64,000 nucleotides of DNA from Octopus vulgaris (taxonomy: Eukaryota), in contig OX597821.1 of NCBI GenBank assembly GCA_951406725.2, forward strand, positions 19,406,001 to 19,470,000, in the 5' to 3' direction. This document shows, piece after piece, positions 39,736 to 53,419 of this stretch. The notes beneath the pieces were generated by a model. That model saw only the letters and a program-made list of their open reading frames with translations. It searched no databases and was not told the origin of the DNA. Numbering within the stretch: the stretch's first letter is position 1; every line of letters starts with the position of its first letter. The position numbers and the translations under genes were made by a program.

Positions 39736-40174
39736 TGTATACCCTGAGAAATGACAGTAGGTCGAAATTGGATTTGTGTTATTAGTTTTAATAGCCAAAT
39801 AAAATATTCAGATAGTTGAAATGTTTATATGATATAAAGAAAAGACGACTTCATCAAAAAGCTGTCAATTACAAAGTATTAAAAGCTTTCAAACTTCGGT
39901 GACAAAGTTTCAAATGTTAATAGAATATTTAGTTAGTTTAATGTCACTTCCGGCTATTGTGTCAATACTGGCAACGATTTGACATATGATAGTCCAATAT
40001 TTGTAATAATTCTATGATGTCTATTAAGAGTTATTTAATATATTATATAAAAGACACACAATTATATATGTAAATGAATATATGTATGTGTGTACACTTG
40101 AAAATGGAAGCGTGGCGTTCAATCCTATAATATATATATTTATAGGAATATATACATATATATAATAAGCATAT

Positions 40175-40640
40175 ATGTGTACAAGATGTCACAAAACGTA
40201 AACAACAAGAAATACGTGAACACGAAATCCAAAATACGAAAAGCAACATGAAATACGAAAGCAAACTTTTTTTGGCGAACGACTAGAGAACAAAATAGAA
40301 TACAAGATAAGTAACATAAAGAATGACCCTTCATCAGTTGTTGGCTGTTTATCTGCTCCACATTTCGAGCAATTCACGACAGTATGTGTCTTCGAGGAAG
40401 CAGTTCCTCCCGCAGAAATAAAATTTGGAATCTTGGGAGGGTAACAAAAACAAGACAGTGGAACAAATTGTGAGAGCTTCTAAGCCAGACGGGGTAAGGT
40501 GACGAACGCTGAGGAACATTCTTTGACAGGAGAAACGATAGAAGAGGATAAGGGCACGTCTTGTCTGTGCAACAGACCGGAAGAAAAGAAAGATGAACAT
40601 GTGTGCAAAAAATGATGGACGGTGGTCACGTGTGAGCAAC
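40175..40640 (-). mobile_element. Probable Penelope-like 3' fragment
   Basis: HLTPSGL resembles the TLxPxGLN end of PLE GIY-YIG domains; downstream GCTCGAAA and CTGATGA half-motifs; T-rich tail running into TA repeats. Confidence 0.4.
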
Positions 40641-40766
40641 AAGAGGGTATTTCCTTTTAGCTACCTCAATATGTTGGCAAGAATCGTTTTATTTTCTAAA
40701 ATTTGGCTGATGTAAAGATGTATGAAATAATTATAGAATTATTAGTAGTAATATTCTACAAATAGA

Positions 40767-40972
40767 AGGCGGCGATCTGGCAGAATCGTTAGCACACCGG
40801 GAAAAATGCTTAGCGGTGTTTCGTCCGTACTTACCTTCTGAGTTCAAATTCCGCCAATGTTGCCTCTGCCTCTCATCATTTTGGGGTCAATAATATGAGT
40901 ACCAGTTGAGCACCGGGCTCGATGCCATCGACTTAGAGAAATTGCTGGTCTTGTGCTAAAATTTGAAACCAA
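40767..40972 (+). mobile_element. SINE family B
   Basis: AAGGCGGCGATCTGGCAGAATCGTTAGC..AAATTTGAAACC. Confidence 0.85.
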
Positions 40973-41218
40973 TAGTCTGCAAGTACAGGGTGTATCAAAA
41001 TGATAGGATTCCTTTACTGGATCAAATAGACTTATTACAAATAAATTGTAAATATTACAAATAAAACGAGTCTCATCGTTATGAGTTACTTGGTATTATT
41101 TACGCTTGAAACTTCAGCTATGAGGTTTATATAATATAGTTGTAATTGAAGTTCATGTGTACGTTAGCATTATCACTTTGTTAGTGACAGGCTTAACGAC
41201 TGCAATTTTCGTATATAC

Positions 41219-41342
41219 GCTGTGTAGTATTATACAAAACATATTCTCATCGCATTTTATTCTTTCATTTTACAAATGAAATTAAACCATTGTCTAGCTC
41301 AAGTGCCTGACAAAGAGAATGTAAAAATTGCTATTTTTTAAA
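41219..41342. repeat. 124-bp direct duplication with 42492-42615
   Basis: GCTGTGTAGTATTATACAA..TTGCTATTTTTTAAA with only a few substitutions. Confidence 0.9.
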
Positions 41343-41844
41343 TACATGAATGGATGCATCCTTACAAGCATGCATATGTGCAGACATACATATATACAAT
41401 CATTCATACATACTTAGAACAGATCTGCATTCAAACATGGAACACAATTAAGGCTGATTCGCAAATTACAGGTAGAGTTGTTTCGAAGTACAGTAAAAAC
41501 TTGTAAAACATTTCAAGGCAACTGTCATTTGAGGCACCTGGGTGAACACATGTACCTAGTTACATATACATGTGTAATACACGTGAGCGCACAATCATGA
41601 ATAGTAATGAAACTTACAGGTGTTATATCCTGACATGCACAACTATGAGTGCAAGTTTGCCCTTGCGAACACGCATGCGTATAATACGCACACATAAATG
41701 AATTCGAGATCCACAGACTCAATATACGATTTGAGTTAAACAACGTTAGGTTTGAGTTCTGCAAAGGAAAACAAGTATTAAAATTAATATTATCGCAAAA
41801 AAGCATAAAGATATATTTACTTATATGCATACATATTGGTCTTG

Positions 41845-42055
41845 TACTCTTTTACTCTTTTACTTGTTTCAGTAATTTGACTGCGGCCATGCTGGAGCAC
41901 CGCCTTTAGTCGTGTAAGTCGACCCTGGGACTTATTCTTTGTAAGCCCAGTACTTATTCTATCGGTCTGTTTTGCCGAACCGCTAAGTGACGGGGACGTA
42001 AACACACCAGCATCAGTTGTCAAGCAATGCTAGGGGGACAAACACAGACACACAA

Positions 42056-42115
<60 letters not shown>

Positions 42116-42292
42116 CATACATATATACGACAGGCTTCTTTCAGTTTCCGTCTACCTAATCCACTCACAAGGCATTGGTCGGCCCGGGGCTATAGCAGAA
42201 GACACTTGTCCAAGATGCCCCGCAGTGGGACTGAACCCAGAACCATGTGGTTGGTTAGCAAGCTAGTTACCACACAGCCACTCCTGCGCCTA
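41845..42292 (-). mobile_element. SINE family A, full length
   Basis: Close match to 6723-7130 and to the reverse complement of 54718-55130. Confidence 0.93.
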
Positions 42293-43038
42293 TGTTACAA
42301 AACGCATGGTGTTATCTATCTAATGGCCCTGTGAATCTAACGTTCGTTCACCTTTGTGAACAACATCTATTAACCTCTGGGAATGTAATGTTAACACTGT
42401 CGAATGTTCTAACTCGTGAACAATGTGATTTCCTGAGTGAAGCAATAAGAAAATTTCTCTTCCTTCGCTGTAATTACGCACAATTTATCATGCTGTGTAG
42501 TATTATACAACACACATTCTCATCGCATTTTATTCTTTCATTTTACAAATGAAATTAAACCATTGTCTAGCTCAAGTGTCTGACAAAGAAAATGTAAAAA
42601 TTGCTATTTTTTAAACTATATTTTTATTTCTAAATTGAGAATTGTTTCGCTTTACCAAAATAACTGTCAAAGATGGCTTTAAGCGTGAGAAATAGTTCAG
42701 ATTCGGAGTCATAGAGATAGAAGATTAACTTCAAGTTCAGAAACAAAGTGAATGCTAACATATTCAGCCCACACATAATTTAAGGCACGGGAATAGATGT
42801 GCTTTCGAAAAATTTGCTTCGCAGTCACGTGGTTTCTTTGCGGATATGCTTTTACTGTAGTCATGGACCGGCTGATACTTTGTAAGTGAATTTGTTAGGC
42901 GGAAACTGCTATTCGAATGCCTATCATACGCGCGCACACATACAGAGACACACATACAGAGACACACATACACACACTACACTCACGCACACATACATGC
43001 ATAAACACACGTATATATATATATGTATATATATATAT

Positions 43039-43135
<97 letters not shown>

Positions 43136-43324
43136 GTCCCTAAAGTGACGCACTACACCAGGGAGCATGACGCGCCTGTAACTCATTAAGACAAGTGCTT
43201 TCTTGGGGGTATGATTTGTTTTGACTCTTATTTCTAGCAATACTGCTGATGACTAGTCTTCTTAGTCCCTTCAGTGGCGTATATATTTCTTCCTTTTAGT
43301 TCTAAATTTGCAAATAACTCACCC

Positions 43325-43356
<32 letters not shown>

Positions 43357-43500
43357 AACATGGGTATTTTATAAAATATCATTTTAGGCCAATGGATATA
43401 TGCAAAACTGGGTCATTATAAAAGGTGTGCAAATATTCATGCATAAAAATGACGATAAATATCAAAAATAAGATTTAACTTTAAAAAAAAAGTCTCGTAC

Positions 43501-43551
43501 TGACAAATAAGAGGAGGGCCTATATGGCCGAAACATGTGCTGAGCTGTCAC
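43501..43551 (+). ncRNA. Degenerate minimal hammerhead
   Basis: TGACA..AAGAGGA-G-GGCC-TATAT-GGCC-GAAAC-AT-GTG..TGTCA; palindromic stem III ACATGT; core and cleavage triplet both mutated. Confidence 0.45.
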
Positions 43552-44535
43552 CTCACAAAACCTCAAATTTATTCTGTAGCTATTCAATGATTTATCAAGA
43601 AAGATATGAAAGTTGTCAACCTTACCGTTCTTGTTTTTGGTCACTCTTTTAGGAATATTGCCCCTAATTTATGAATAAGACGACCCCGAGTAATGTCCTT
43701 TAGTTAGCATTATTAAATGCGAATTGTGTGCCCTATAGAACAAATAAGTGGTAAAGTATTTTTAACGAACAAAATTATTACTATTATTTCCGAATAACAT
43801 GCGTACAATCTCCATATTATATTCTGATCAAAGAAACATGTTATAAATAATTTGTGTTTGTACAAACTAAAGAGTGCAAATAATAGATTTAATGGTTAAG
43901 TCATCAAATAGTGGCTCTATAAGGTTACAGACATCTTCATGTCTCCGAGATAATACAATCAATTTAAGTAGAAGCAAATATTTTCCAACAAGTAAACGTA
44001 TTTTTAAGTCAAAACACGTCTCAGATAGATTACCATTGGTGAGGGGAGTTTGTTATTGAAAGTCCTCGACCGCAATACTTGGTTGACATTGTATTTTATT
44101 CACCCTGGAGATGCAAATGCCAGTTGTAGAATTCGAGTTGAGAACATCACAATTTATTTGAACAAACCTCAGGCCAATAAAAGTATTCTCCGCAAATAAT
44201 CCGAACCTAATTTTCTTATAGGCACATATTTCACTAATTATTTCTATGTCCTTGAACCGAGACTCGTAATGTATGCAATTTCATAAAGAGCGCAATTATA
44301 AATAGAGGAGGGAATATGCAAGAGTACTTGCTAACACTTTAGTTTGATATGGGCTATACCTCAACATGAAACCGATGTACAAGAAAAAGCAGTTCCTCAC
44401 GGTAACTATCAATTCTAAGGTGAGCAATACGTCAAACTTGCCTATATTTATAACAGAGGTGAAACTGTGTGGCAGATTTATACATCAATGTCGATAGTCC
44501 TTCTTGTGGATATTATGTAAGCGAAATTAATATTA

Positions 44536-44707
44536 TAGGTGCAGGCATGGCGGTGTGGGTAAGAGGATTGATTTCCAATCACATGATTTTGAGCCCGTAC
44601 CAATGTGTGGGACATTGGGCAAATGTCTTCTGCTACAGCGTCGAGCCATCCAAAGCGCTGTTAGATTTAGAAGACGGAAACACACAGACACAGACACAGA
44701 CACACAC

Positions 44708-44766
<59 letters not shown>

Positions 44767-45003
44767 GGCATATATATATATGTATAAATATGTGGCTTTG
44801 TGTTTGTGTCTCCGCACCGCTTTACAATGTGTTGCCCTGTTTCTATCCCCACACCGTAGCCGTTCTACAAAAGTGACCGATGAATTACGTATTAAACTTT
44901 TAAAACAGTAAGTACTGCCGTCGATTTGTTCGATTCCAACCCTGTGCCCCGTGTGGCCCGTGTGGCCACAGTCCAATGACTAAAACAAGTAAAAAATAAA
45001 AGA
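44536..45003 (+). mobile_element. SINE family A, diverged full length
   Basis: Head TAGGTGCAGGCATGGCGGTGTGGGTAAG, central microsatellite, tail AATGACTAAAACAAGTAAAA. Confidence 0.8.
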
Positions 45004-46290
45004 TAATGTCTAGTGGGGAAATATCTACAGCGATGTTGACAAAACCTAACTCATATACTTATTGTAGCTCAACATGCAGTGTATTTACATCAACATCAAC
45101 GATGTTATAACTACCAGGAGTAAGTGCAAAAACTGTACGTCTATATGATTTCTGCTTGAATGGTACCGTTAAGAAGTTGGCTTTGAAATTATAGGGCGCT
45201 CGATTGATTTCACTTGGTCCCCTCTACATTATAAGTAAAATTAGGGAAACCAAAATTGAATGAGGCTCATGTATAGACTGTATATGCACTTGAGGTGGCT
45301 TAGCTTTGCTACAAACTGTGTCGTGTCAATTGTAGTTGAGTATGACGGTGTCAGTTCTTAATACCTATGCAATTTTCAACGAGTTAAGCTTCTTAAATAT
45401 CATTGAATGACAAAGAAGTTCTGAAAATTCAAGAACTAACGAATACTTCGTCGAAACCGACGAAGGATCACTATATATTTTTTCAGAGGGTATCGATTGT
45501 TATCATCGGGCTTTTCATTGGCTTAGACATATGAAATCCAGTGTAGTAGGTAAAGGGTTCTAGAATTTCGAATGCTCCCTGATGTAACATTTCAAGGACC
45601 ATCTATTCCCTATAGCCTCATTTCTGTGACGCCTTTGGAAACTGTCTTCGATTCATTTTAAATGTGATTTACAACTGATATTTCTGTTGCTAATGTTTTG
45701 TAGTCTGAAGTCATATTTTACGTGCGGAAATATAAAATAGAAAAATGATGAACAGAGGTTAAGAATATTGCAGCAATGAATTTTTAAATATGTCATTATT
45801 AATTTTTATTGATTTTTCTTTTTAAATTGGTCTCACATGGATTCTATAAGAATGAGGCGTCAACTTAATTTATCTTTTATGTATTTCAGATATATTTTGA
45901 ATATTATTTCGTTCTCTAGTTCGTTTTGTTGCCTTTCTAGTAATTTGTGGAAGCATTTTATTAGTTAACTTGAAGACGTGATGTCGTGAAACCTTCTAGA
46001 AGTCACAAATCTGTAATAAAACGAACTAAGAGGAATAAAGCACTATAGTGAACTTAGTATACTTTAGTAACTTGGAAGACAGAACGTTGAATAGGAATTA
46101 CATTTATCATGGAAATCAGTAAAACATGTTAAGTAACGACAGACTGGCGGAAACGAAAGAGCATCGGAGGAATCAAGCTGTTATATATTGATGTTGACCA
46201 TTACGTTCTGAATTAATACCCACCGATATCAACTTGGATTAAACTTCTTGGACGGCCAATAAAATAATATCCTAGACTCTTAATTGAGCT

Positions 46291-46593
46291 TTGTTTGTTT
46301 CTTCTCGAGCCACGCCTGGCTCATCGGGCCGGTTTCCCGGTTTCCTTGGCGTATACGTTCCCCACCTGGACGGGACGCCGGTCCGTCGCAGATGAGCTGC
46401 AAGACGCAGGAGGAAAGAGTGAGAGAAAGTTGTGGCCAAAGAGTCAGCAGTAATTCGCCATTACCTTCTGCTGGAGCCGCGTGGAGCTTAGGTGTTTCGC
46501 TCATAAACTCACACATCGCCCGGTCTGAGATTCGAACCGGCAATCTCTTGACCGCGAGCCTGCTGTTCTAACCACTAGGCCATGTGCCTCCAC
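46291..46593 (-). mobile_element. tRNA-derived SINE (family C-type) with 12-bp TSD
   Basis: Head GTGGAGGCACATGGCCTAGTGGTTAG..GGTTCGAATCTC; CTTAAYTGAGYT at 46279-46290 and 46594-46605. Confidence 0.88.
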
Positions 46594-47859
46594 CTTAACT
46601 GAGTTAGGGTTTGTTTAATAGCCTGAAGTACAAACTAATGTACATTGCAACACTTTGAGCAAAGAAAGAATAATCATAAACAAATGTCCCAATATAAATA
46701 CTGCTTGAGGTTTAAGGGCGATGAAACTGTAAAGGCCAAAAGCCACAACGTACCCGTGGGTGATGACCATTACGGTGCAGTTCTATAATCTACGGAATTG
46801 AAATACTGAAATCTGGATACACACTTTACAGTACTAATGCCGTTTTAAAAAACATAGTTGCAAACAAAAATTAGCCTGAATTGCAAAATTTTTCAAACAC
46901 ACAAACTGTCCAAATGTTTGTTATAAGCATGCAAAATACATTTCAATCTAAATTCAGTGTATGCATGCTTATAAAGGCAAGCAACACGTTATTAAAGAAG
47001 GTGAACTTGTGTTTTAGGCGATATTTTTGCCTTGCGCGCATGATTCATCATACACTTAGAATTACACTTCAGAATAAATGTAGTATCTACTTAAGATAGA
47101 ACTACAGAAGCGAATATTTTTAGCTGCACGAAACGATTATGCAAAAGTTATAAACAATAAAAATAGAAATGTATATAGTTTTCTTTCTTCCTTACCTTTA
47201 TTTTTTCTTCCCTTTTTCCCAACGACTTTTCAGTTTTCCCTTTTCACTCCACCTATGCTTTTCTTCTGATGAAGGACTAAAATATTTAGCTTTTTTCTTC
47301 CTTGTAAGCGTTAGCCTAATACAATATTTGGTAGTTTGTTGTCGGTACCATTTATTATTTGATTTCTTGTTACTTATCTTTTTCATTTACAATATATATG
47401 TGTGTTTGTGTGTTTGTTTGCATGTGTGTCTGTGTGTGTGTATGTGTGATTAGTCGCCCATATACTCACGTAATATTGGCTCATTTAATGACTAAAATGA
47501 AAAATTAATGTCGGTCAAACGTATGCTTTTGCCGACAAAAAGATTTATAAATTCTATCATGCTAAACAAATAAGATAGATTATATTACTAACCATAACAA
47601 TAATTGTTTGTACGTTGAATAAAATAACAACACAACAGAAATAAAATCATAATAACTCACCTCTGGAACAGGAGACAATTTCAATAAATCAACAACGTTT
47701 TCTTTTACGGTATTTAATATACCTTTTTGTATTTCTTGTTCAAATACATGCCACTAGCCACTCTGAATTAATTCTCCCAACTAGTTTTTGCTTCTTTATT
47801 CATACACGCACACACATGCAATCCCACACATACACACATATACGTAAAAAAATATATAC

Positions 47860-47911
<52 letters not shown>

Positions 47912-48259
47912 GTTGCTATGTATATATGTGCGTAAATATGTAACATTAACTTACGGACGATGTGTTCCGTTGCATACAAAAAATATTAACAAATTGACAG
48001 TAGCATTCACAATGATATTTATATAACTAAGAATAACATGGAAAATAATGAATCACTATAATAGCAATAACACTATTATTTAGAAAATGAAGCAGGAGTC
48101 ATTATGCTGGTACTGATGGTGGTGAAAATAGCGATTCGAATTTGCAATTATTGTGAAAAAATCATGGCGCCTTCTTGAACAATAATAGCCAGAAGGAGAA
48201 AAGAAAATTAAAAGAATAACGAGATAAAGGAATTATTAGACGACTTTCCTGCTTACAAT

Positions 48260-48575
48260 ATTGTGGTTGCTGATGATGATGTTTATGGGGATGATGACAG
48301 AAATTCTGATGACGATGAAAACGATGCTGGTGATAATGATGTTGTTGCTGTTGATGATGGTAATGATGATGATGATGATGATAATGATTATGATGATGAT
48401 GGTAATGATGATGGCGATGATGATATTATTGATGTAGTTGATATCAATGGTGCTGGGGAAAACGACGATTATTATAATGATTATTGGGCGGAGAATATAC
48501 ATGGTGATGTTAATAGTGGTGGCGATCTTGATGTTGATTGTAGGGACGGAGCTGATGATGGCGGAGTAAAATGAT
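48260..48575. repeat. Decayed (GAT)n low-complexity tract
   Basis: Seen directly. Confidence 0.8.
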
Positions 48576-48792
48576 GGAACGCATAAAAAATGAATTCGGT
48601 TAGAGATGCTGTGTTGAAGTCGGATAACAATAACACCAATAGCAAACCCACAGCCACCAACATCTCTGAAAACCTTACTGGCAATTTCTACAACGAAACA
48701 AGAATGGTGAAGCCAGCAATAACAACAGCCTTTACCAACGCATAAGCAAAAGAAAAACAAAAAATAAAACAGCAACACTAATGCTTCTGAGA

Positions 48793-49159
48793 AGCACTCC
48801 GTCGGTTACGACGATGAGAGTTCCGGTTGATCCGAATCAACGGAACAGCCTGCTCGTGAAATTAACGTGTAAGTGGATGAGCACTCCACAGACACGTGCA
48901 CCCTTAACGTAGTTCTCGGGGATATTCAGCATGACACAGAGAGTGACAAGGCCGGCCCCTTCGAAAACAGGTACAACAGAAACAGGAAGTAATAGTGAGA
49001 GAAAGTTGTGGTGAAAGAGTACAGCAGGAATCACCACCATCCCCTGCCGGAGCATCGTGGAGCTTTTAGGTGTTTTCACTCAATAAACACTCACAACGCC
49101 CGTCTGGGAATCGAAACCGCGAGTCCGCTGCCCTAACCACTGAGCCTTTGCGCCTCCAC
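48793..49159 (-). mobile_element. SINE family C, near full length
   Basis: Head GTGGAGGCGCAAAGGCTCAGTGGTTAGGGCAGCGGACTCGCGG; tail shared with 3640-3930. Confidence 0.85.
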
Positions 49160-49164
49160 TCTTC

Positions 49165-50152
49165 TAATTTAGGCGCAATTCCAGCAATTTTTATTGGAGG
49201 GACTGAAAAGCAAAGCTGATCTCAATAAGACTTAAGCTTAGAACGTTGGCAGCCTGAATTCCTATTTCTTTATTGCCCACAAGGGGCTAAACATAGAGGG
49301 GAAAAACAAGGACAGACATAAGTATTAAGTCGATTACATCGACCACAGTGCGTAACTGGTACTTAATTTATCGACCCCGAAAGGATGAAAGGCAAAGTCG
49401 ATCTCGGCGGAATTTGAACTCAGAACGTAACGGCAGACGAAATACGGCTACGCATTTCGCTCGGCGTGCTAACGACTCTGCCAGCTCGTCAGTAAAGAAT
49501 ACATTTCAGATGGTTTATCATTTCACCAGGTTACCATTCCTCAATAATAATAAGAAATTTTGGCACAAGCCCAGCTATTTCGGGGGGGGGGGGTAAGTCA
49601 ATTAGATTGACCCCGGTGCTCAACTCGTACTTATTTTATCGACGCCAGAATTATGAAAGTCAAATTCGAATTTAGTAGCGCCTGAACTCTGAAGAAATTC
49701 GCAAACTTTTCATCTGATGCGATATCGAGTCTGCCACCTCGCGGCATTTACCTGTTTCAAGTAGGATAGAAACTTGGCAGGGAGTGGGGTTAGTCGAGTA
49801 CATGGAACCATGTACTTCAGCTATACTTTATTGCAGCTATCCCGGTGGAAGTGCAGCCAGAGATCTCCTGGTGAATTTTGTACATAGAAGGCAATGAGTC
49901 GGAAACGATTCCCTCAGTACCATAAGGATAATAATAGTAATAATGGTTTTGCATTTTTACACAAGTATAGCAGTTTCGGAGGTGGGGAAAAGTCGAGTAC
50001 ATCGAACCCAGTGCCCAAATTGTACTTGTTTTATCCCCTTCAAGAGGATGAAAGCAAAGTGAACCTCAGCGGTATTTGAACTCAGGGAGTAAGGTGGGAT
50101 GAAATGTCGCTAAGCATTTTGCCCAGCGTGCTAACGATTCTGCCAGATTGCT
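49165..50152 (-). mobile_element. Stack of four to five co-oriented family B SINEs, including a young long-tail copy at 49261-49490
   Basis: Repeated core; junction AATAAAGAAATA|GGAATT into a headless older copy. Confidence 0.85.
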
Positions 50153-50172
50153 GCATGAATAATAATAATAAG

Positions 50173-50242
<70 letters not shown>

Positions 50243-50244
<2 letters not shown>

Positions 50245-50778
50245 TCCAGTACATACAGACCGAACCATCAAGGCCAATAAACCAGATATTGTTGTGAAAG
50301 ACCAAAACAATAAAGTTTGCTTATTGATCGACATGAGCATCCCCTGTGATCATAATATCTCAGCGAAAGAGTTTGACAAGCTCAGAAAATATAAAGACCT
50401 ACTCATTGAAATTGGAAAAATGTGGCATCTCAAGGCGGTTACAATACCAGTGATCGTAGGAGCACTAGGAATGATCAAGAAGGGAACCGAAAATTATATG
50501 AGAATGATCCCTGGCTTACCATCCCTGCAAGAAGTGCAAAAGATTGTCTTAACTGGTACATCACACGTATTGAGAAGAGCATTGTCGATGTGAGAACTGT
50601 TGCTGCTCATGTATTTTAATTTAACTTTAAAAAAAAAAATTTTTTTTTTAAATGAACGAACTACTGAGTTTGGTTTAATGGCCTACCAATATACACTATG
50701 AGTTTCTTTGCCCTAGGAGTCGGGAAGACACTCGGCAAGAAATGGAAGAAAATTTGAAAGAAGAAAAAAAAAAAAAAA
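50243..50778 (+). mobile_element. R4/Dong non-LTR retrotransposon, 5'-truncated, intact REL endonuclease segment, inside (AAT)n
   Basis: PVHTDRTIKANKPDIVVKD..CLLIDMSIP..KEFDKLRKYKDL..PVIVGALG..GTSHVLRRALSM* (PD..D..K REL motif); poly-A; (AAT)n on both sides. Confidence 0.93.
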
Positions 50779-50792
50779 TAATAATAACGATG

Positions 50793-50877
<85 letters not shown>

Positions 50878-50889
50878 CAGTAATACTGA

Positions 50890-52150
50890 ATAGAGACCTG
50901 ATGAAACAAATTCAATTGGAAGGACACAAATACCTTGGTGTTCTAGAGTTCAACCTGATAATGAAAAAGGAAATGAAAGAGCAACTGATTATTTCCGAAG
51001 ACTGAGGTTGGTGTTGCGCTCAAATTTGACTGGATGCAATAAAATCTATGCATTTAATGCGTGGGTGATAACACCAATTCGGGAACTATAAAATAGCAAA
51101 CGAGAGATGTGAATAAAATGGGTACAAATACCAGAAAAATGTTGACAGTACACAGAGCTTCCCACCCAAAGAGTGACACCAATAGGTTGAACTTGTCCAC
51201 AACAAAGGGTGAGAGAGGTTTGATCAGTTGTCAGGATTGCATTGAAGCAGAGGAAAACAACTTAGGGTGATATGTAATAAATGTCGTGAAGCCACTGTTG
51301 AAAAGCATGGAGAAGGCCGGTGGTATCAAAGCTGAAATTTGTGAACTGAAAGAAAAAGTTCAACGAGAAATGAACAACAAAAGAAGATATATGGAAGGAA
51401 ATGAAAATGTATGGTTAGTTTGCAAAGAGACGTGAACGTGAAGACAGATACAGAGGACCGGTGGCTATGGATGAGGAAGAGTGACCTACAGATAGAGACA
51501 CAAGCACTTATACGCGCAGCTCAGGAACAAGCGTTAAGGATCGACTATATGAAGTGCAGAATAGACAACACTACCGAGAGAGACAAATGCAAAATGTGTG
51601 GTGAGATGGGTGAAATTGGCACAACGCGAATACAAAAGACGCCAGGACAATGTGGCAAGAATAATCAGTTGGGGGTCTCTGTTGAAATCACGGCCTACAA
51701 AGCCCTAAGATGTGGTTTGAGAAAAAATCTGAAGGTGTCGTAGAATATGAAAATTGCAAAATCCTGTGGGATGCAATGATCCAATGCGATCGCCCGACCA
51801 GACATCGGAAACGGACATTGTTGTCATGAATAAAGAAGAAATAACATGTATGATAATCGACCTAGCATTCCCTTGTCACAGGACCAATGTGAAAGAAGAA
51901 GAACAAAATATACAACTATGATGATATAAAGAGAGAAATGCGAAATTTTGTGGTTAATGAAGAGAGGAGACGTGATACCAATAGTAATTAGTGCAATTAA
52001 ACGTATCAACACTCAGCTACCAGCATGGCTAAAATTGATTGGTGGCAGTGTGAAGGTAGAACACTTACAAAAATCAGCATTGCTTGGAACTGCAACAATT
52101 CTTTGCAGGGATCTTCACTCATGACCAGTAAACAAGTGCCATCTTAGCCT
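50890..52150 (+). mobile_element. Older R4/Dong-clade element: RT C-terminus, CCHC finger and REL, decayed
   Basis: KYLGVLE; HPKSDTNRL..GERGL; ETQALIRAAQEQAL; CKMCGE; YKRRQDNVARII; KILWD..IQCD; LQKSALLGT. Confidence 0.9.
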
Positions 52151-52639
52151 TAGGGCTTGGTTAAAAACGAAAGTGTATTTAGTCCTTTCAAACGGGTCTG
52201 TCATACTACCTCTTGACAAATACAGCCACTAGACAAATAAAAATTACCTGCCCCTCCCGGCCAAAAGAGAGCTGCGAGGCAATCTTCACAATGGATTCAG
52301 TTCAAAGCCGGATCCGCCCCACAAGCGACATCAGGTGTTCGCCTACACGAAGGGGACACCACAAAGACAACAAGTTTTGTGGGGTACTTGTTTTATCGAC
52401 GAAGAAACATAAGTGCAAAAGCCGGTGAAATCTGGTACACAATACGTAGTATACGTACTATGTAATAAAATGATTGATGTAGTTCTCTTGATGTCGGAGA
52501 AACTCCAATTGGAGCCAACCAAGAAACCTCACAAAGTCAGGATTACTCCGATCACCAAAGGTACGAACCCTCTTCCAAGTATTGCTTGGTAATTATAGGC
52601 GCGTGCTTGTAGTATGTCCATTCATTCTAACCATTTTTC

Positions 52640-53305
52640 ATATAGTCACTCATGTTTTTACAAATTCACTGGGTGTTAGCTCCTCTCACCCCATCCTCAC
52701 TTTCCTTTTCAAATGAAACTTTAAAAGTCGATGATGGTTTGACCAAATTGGAAGATGTGTCTCCTCAGTCCTTTCATTCCGGTCGAGCACACAACCTCTT
52801 TTTCCACCCGCACTCCTCCATGAAACATCGCCTGCTTAGCCTTGCTAATACTGAAGGATAGGGCGATTCTGTCTATATTCGGATTCATCCCACACGTGAT
52901 ATCCGTTTCTTTATTACCCACAAGGGGCTAAACATAGAGGGGACAAACAAGGACAGACAAACGGATTAAGTCGATTACATCGACCCCAGTGCGTAACTGG
53001 TACTTAATTTATCGACCCCGAAAGGATGAAAGGCAAAGTGGACCTGGACGGAATTTGAACTCAGAACGTAACGGCAGACGAAATACGGCTACGCATTTCG
53101 CCCGGCGTGCTAACGATTCTGCCAGCTCACCGCCTGATATCAGCTGTCCAACACAACTCCAGAAGTTAGCAATATCTGGACACTACAACGGTGCGTGGAG
53201 ATTGCGCATTTCGGGCAGCCTCGCCTGGCGGCGCTTCCGTGCCTTCGGAGTTCATCTCGAACCGCCAATGCTCCTCAGTAACACTACCAGGTCAAAGATT
53301 TTCAT
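52640..53305 (-). mobile_element. Tx1/L1-like ORF2 C-terminal fragment, interrupted by a SINE
   Basis: Minus strand GALAVRDELRRHG..CPKC..CPDIANFW; homologous to 33841-34290. Confidence 0.7.
52904..53134 (-). mobile_element. SINE family B, young full-length copy with TSD TGATATC
   Basis: TGATATC at 52897-52903 and 53135-53141. Confidence 0.92.
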
Positions 53306-53419
53306 ATGTTTTTATGCAAGTACTGTTTCCAGAAGTCCTCCGAATTAGACCAGCTAATACATAAACACCGACGCCTTGAATCGTTGCTCTTATCCACTAT
53401 TAGGTTTCTAAGATACTAC

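Noticed and set aside
43246-43275. Isolated CTGATGA or CTGAAGA heptamers (also near 15759, 19885, 26958, 40331 minus)
   Set aside because: No correctly placed GAAA, stem III and UH; not called as hammerheads
44343-44419. Plus-strand micro-exon candidate (CTAACACTTTAG|..AAG|GTGAGC)
   Set aside because: Stops in all frames when using the strong donor; no supporting neighbours
45400-45640. Possible mariner C-terminal relic on the minus strand, and a TACAGGGTG TIR-like start at 40984
   Set aside because: Similarity too weak and no matching second TIR found
48236-48778. Asp-rich 103-aa and Ile-rich 180-aa ORFs, superficially like an acidic matrix protein
   Set aside because: Decayed (GAT)n tract; no signal peptide, splice support or domain
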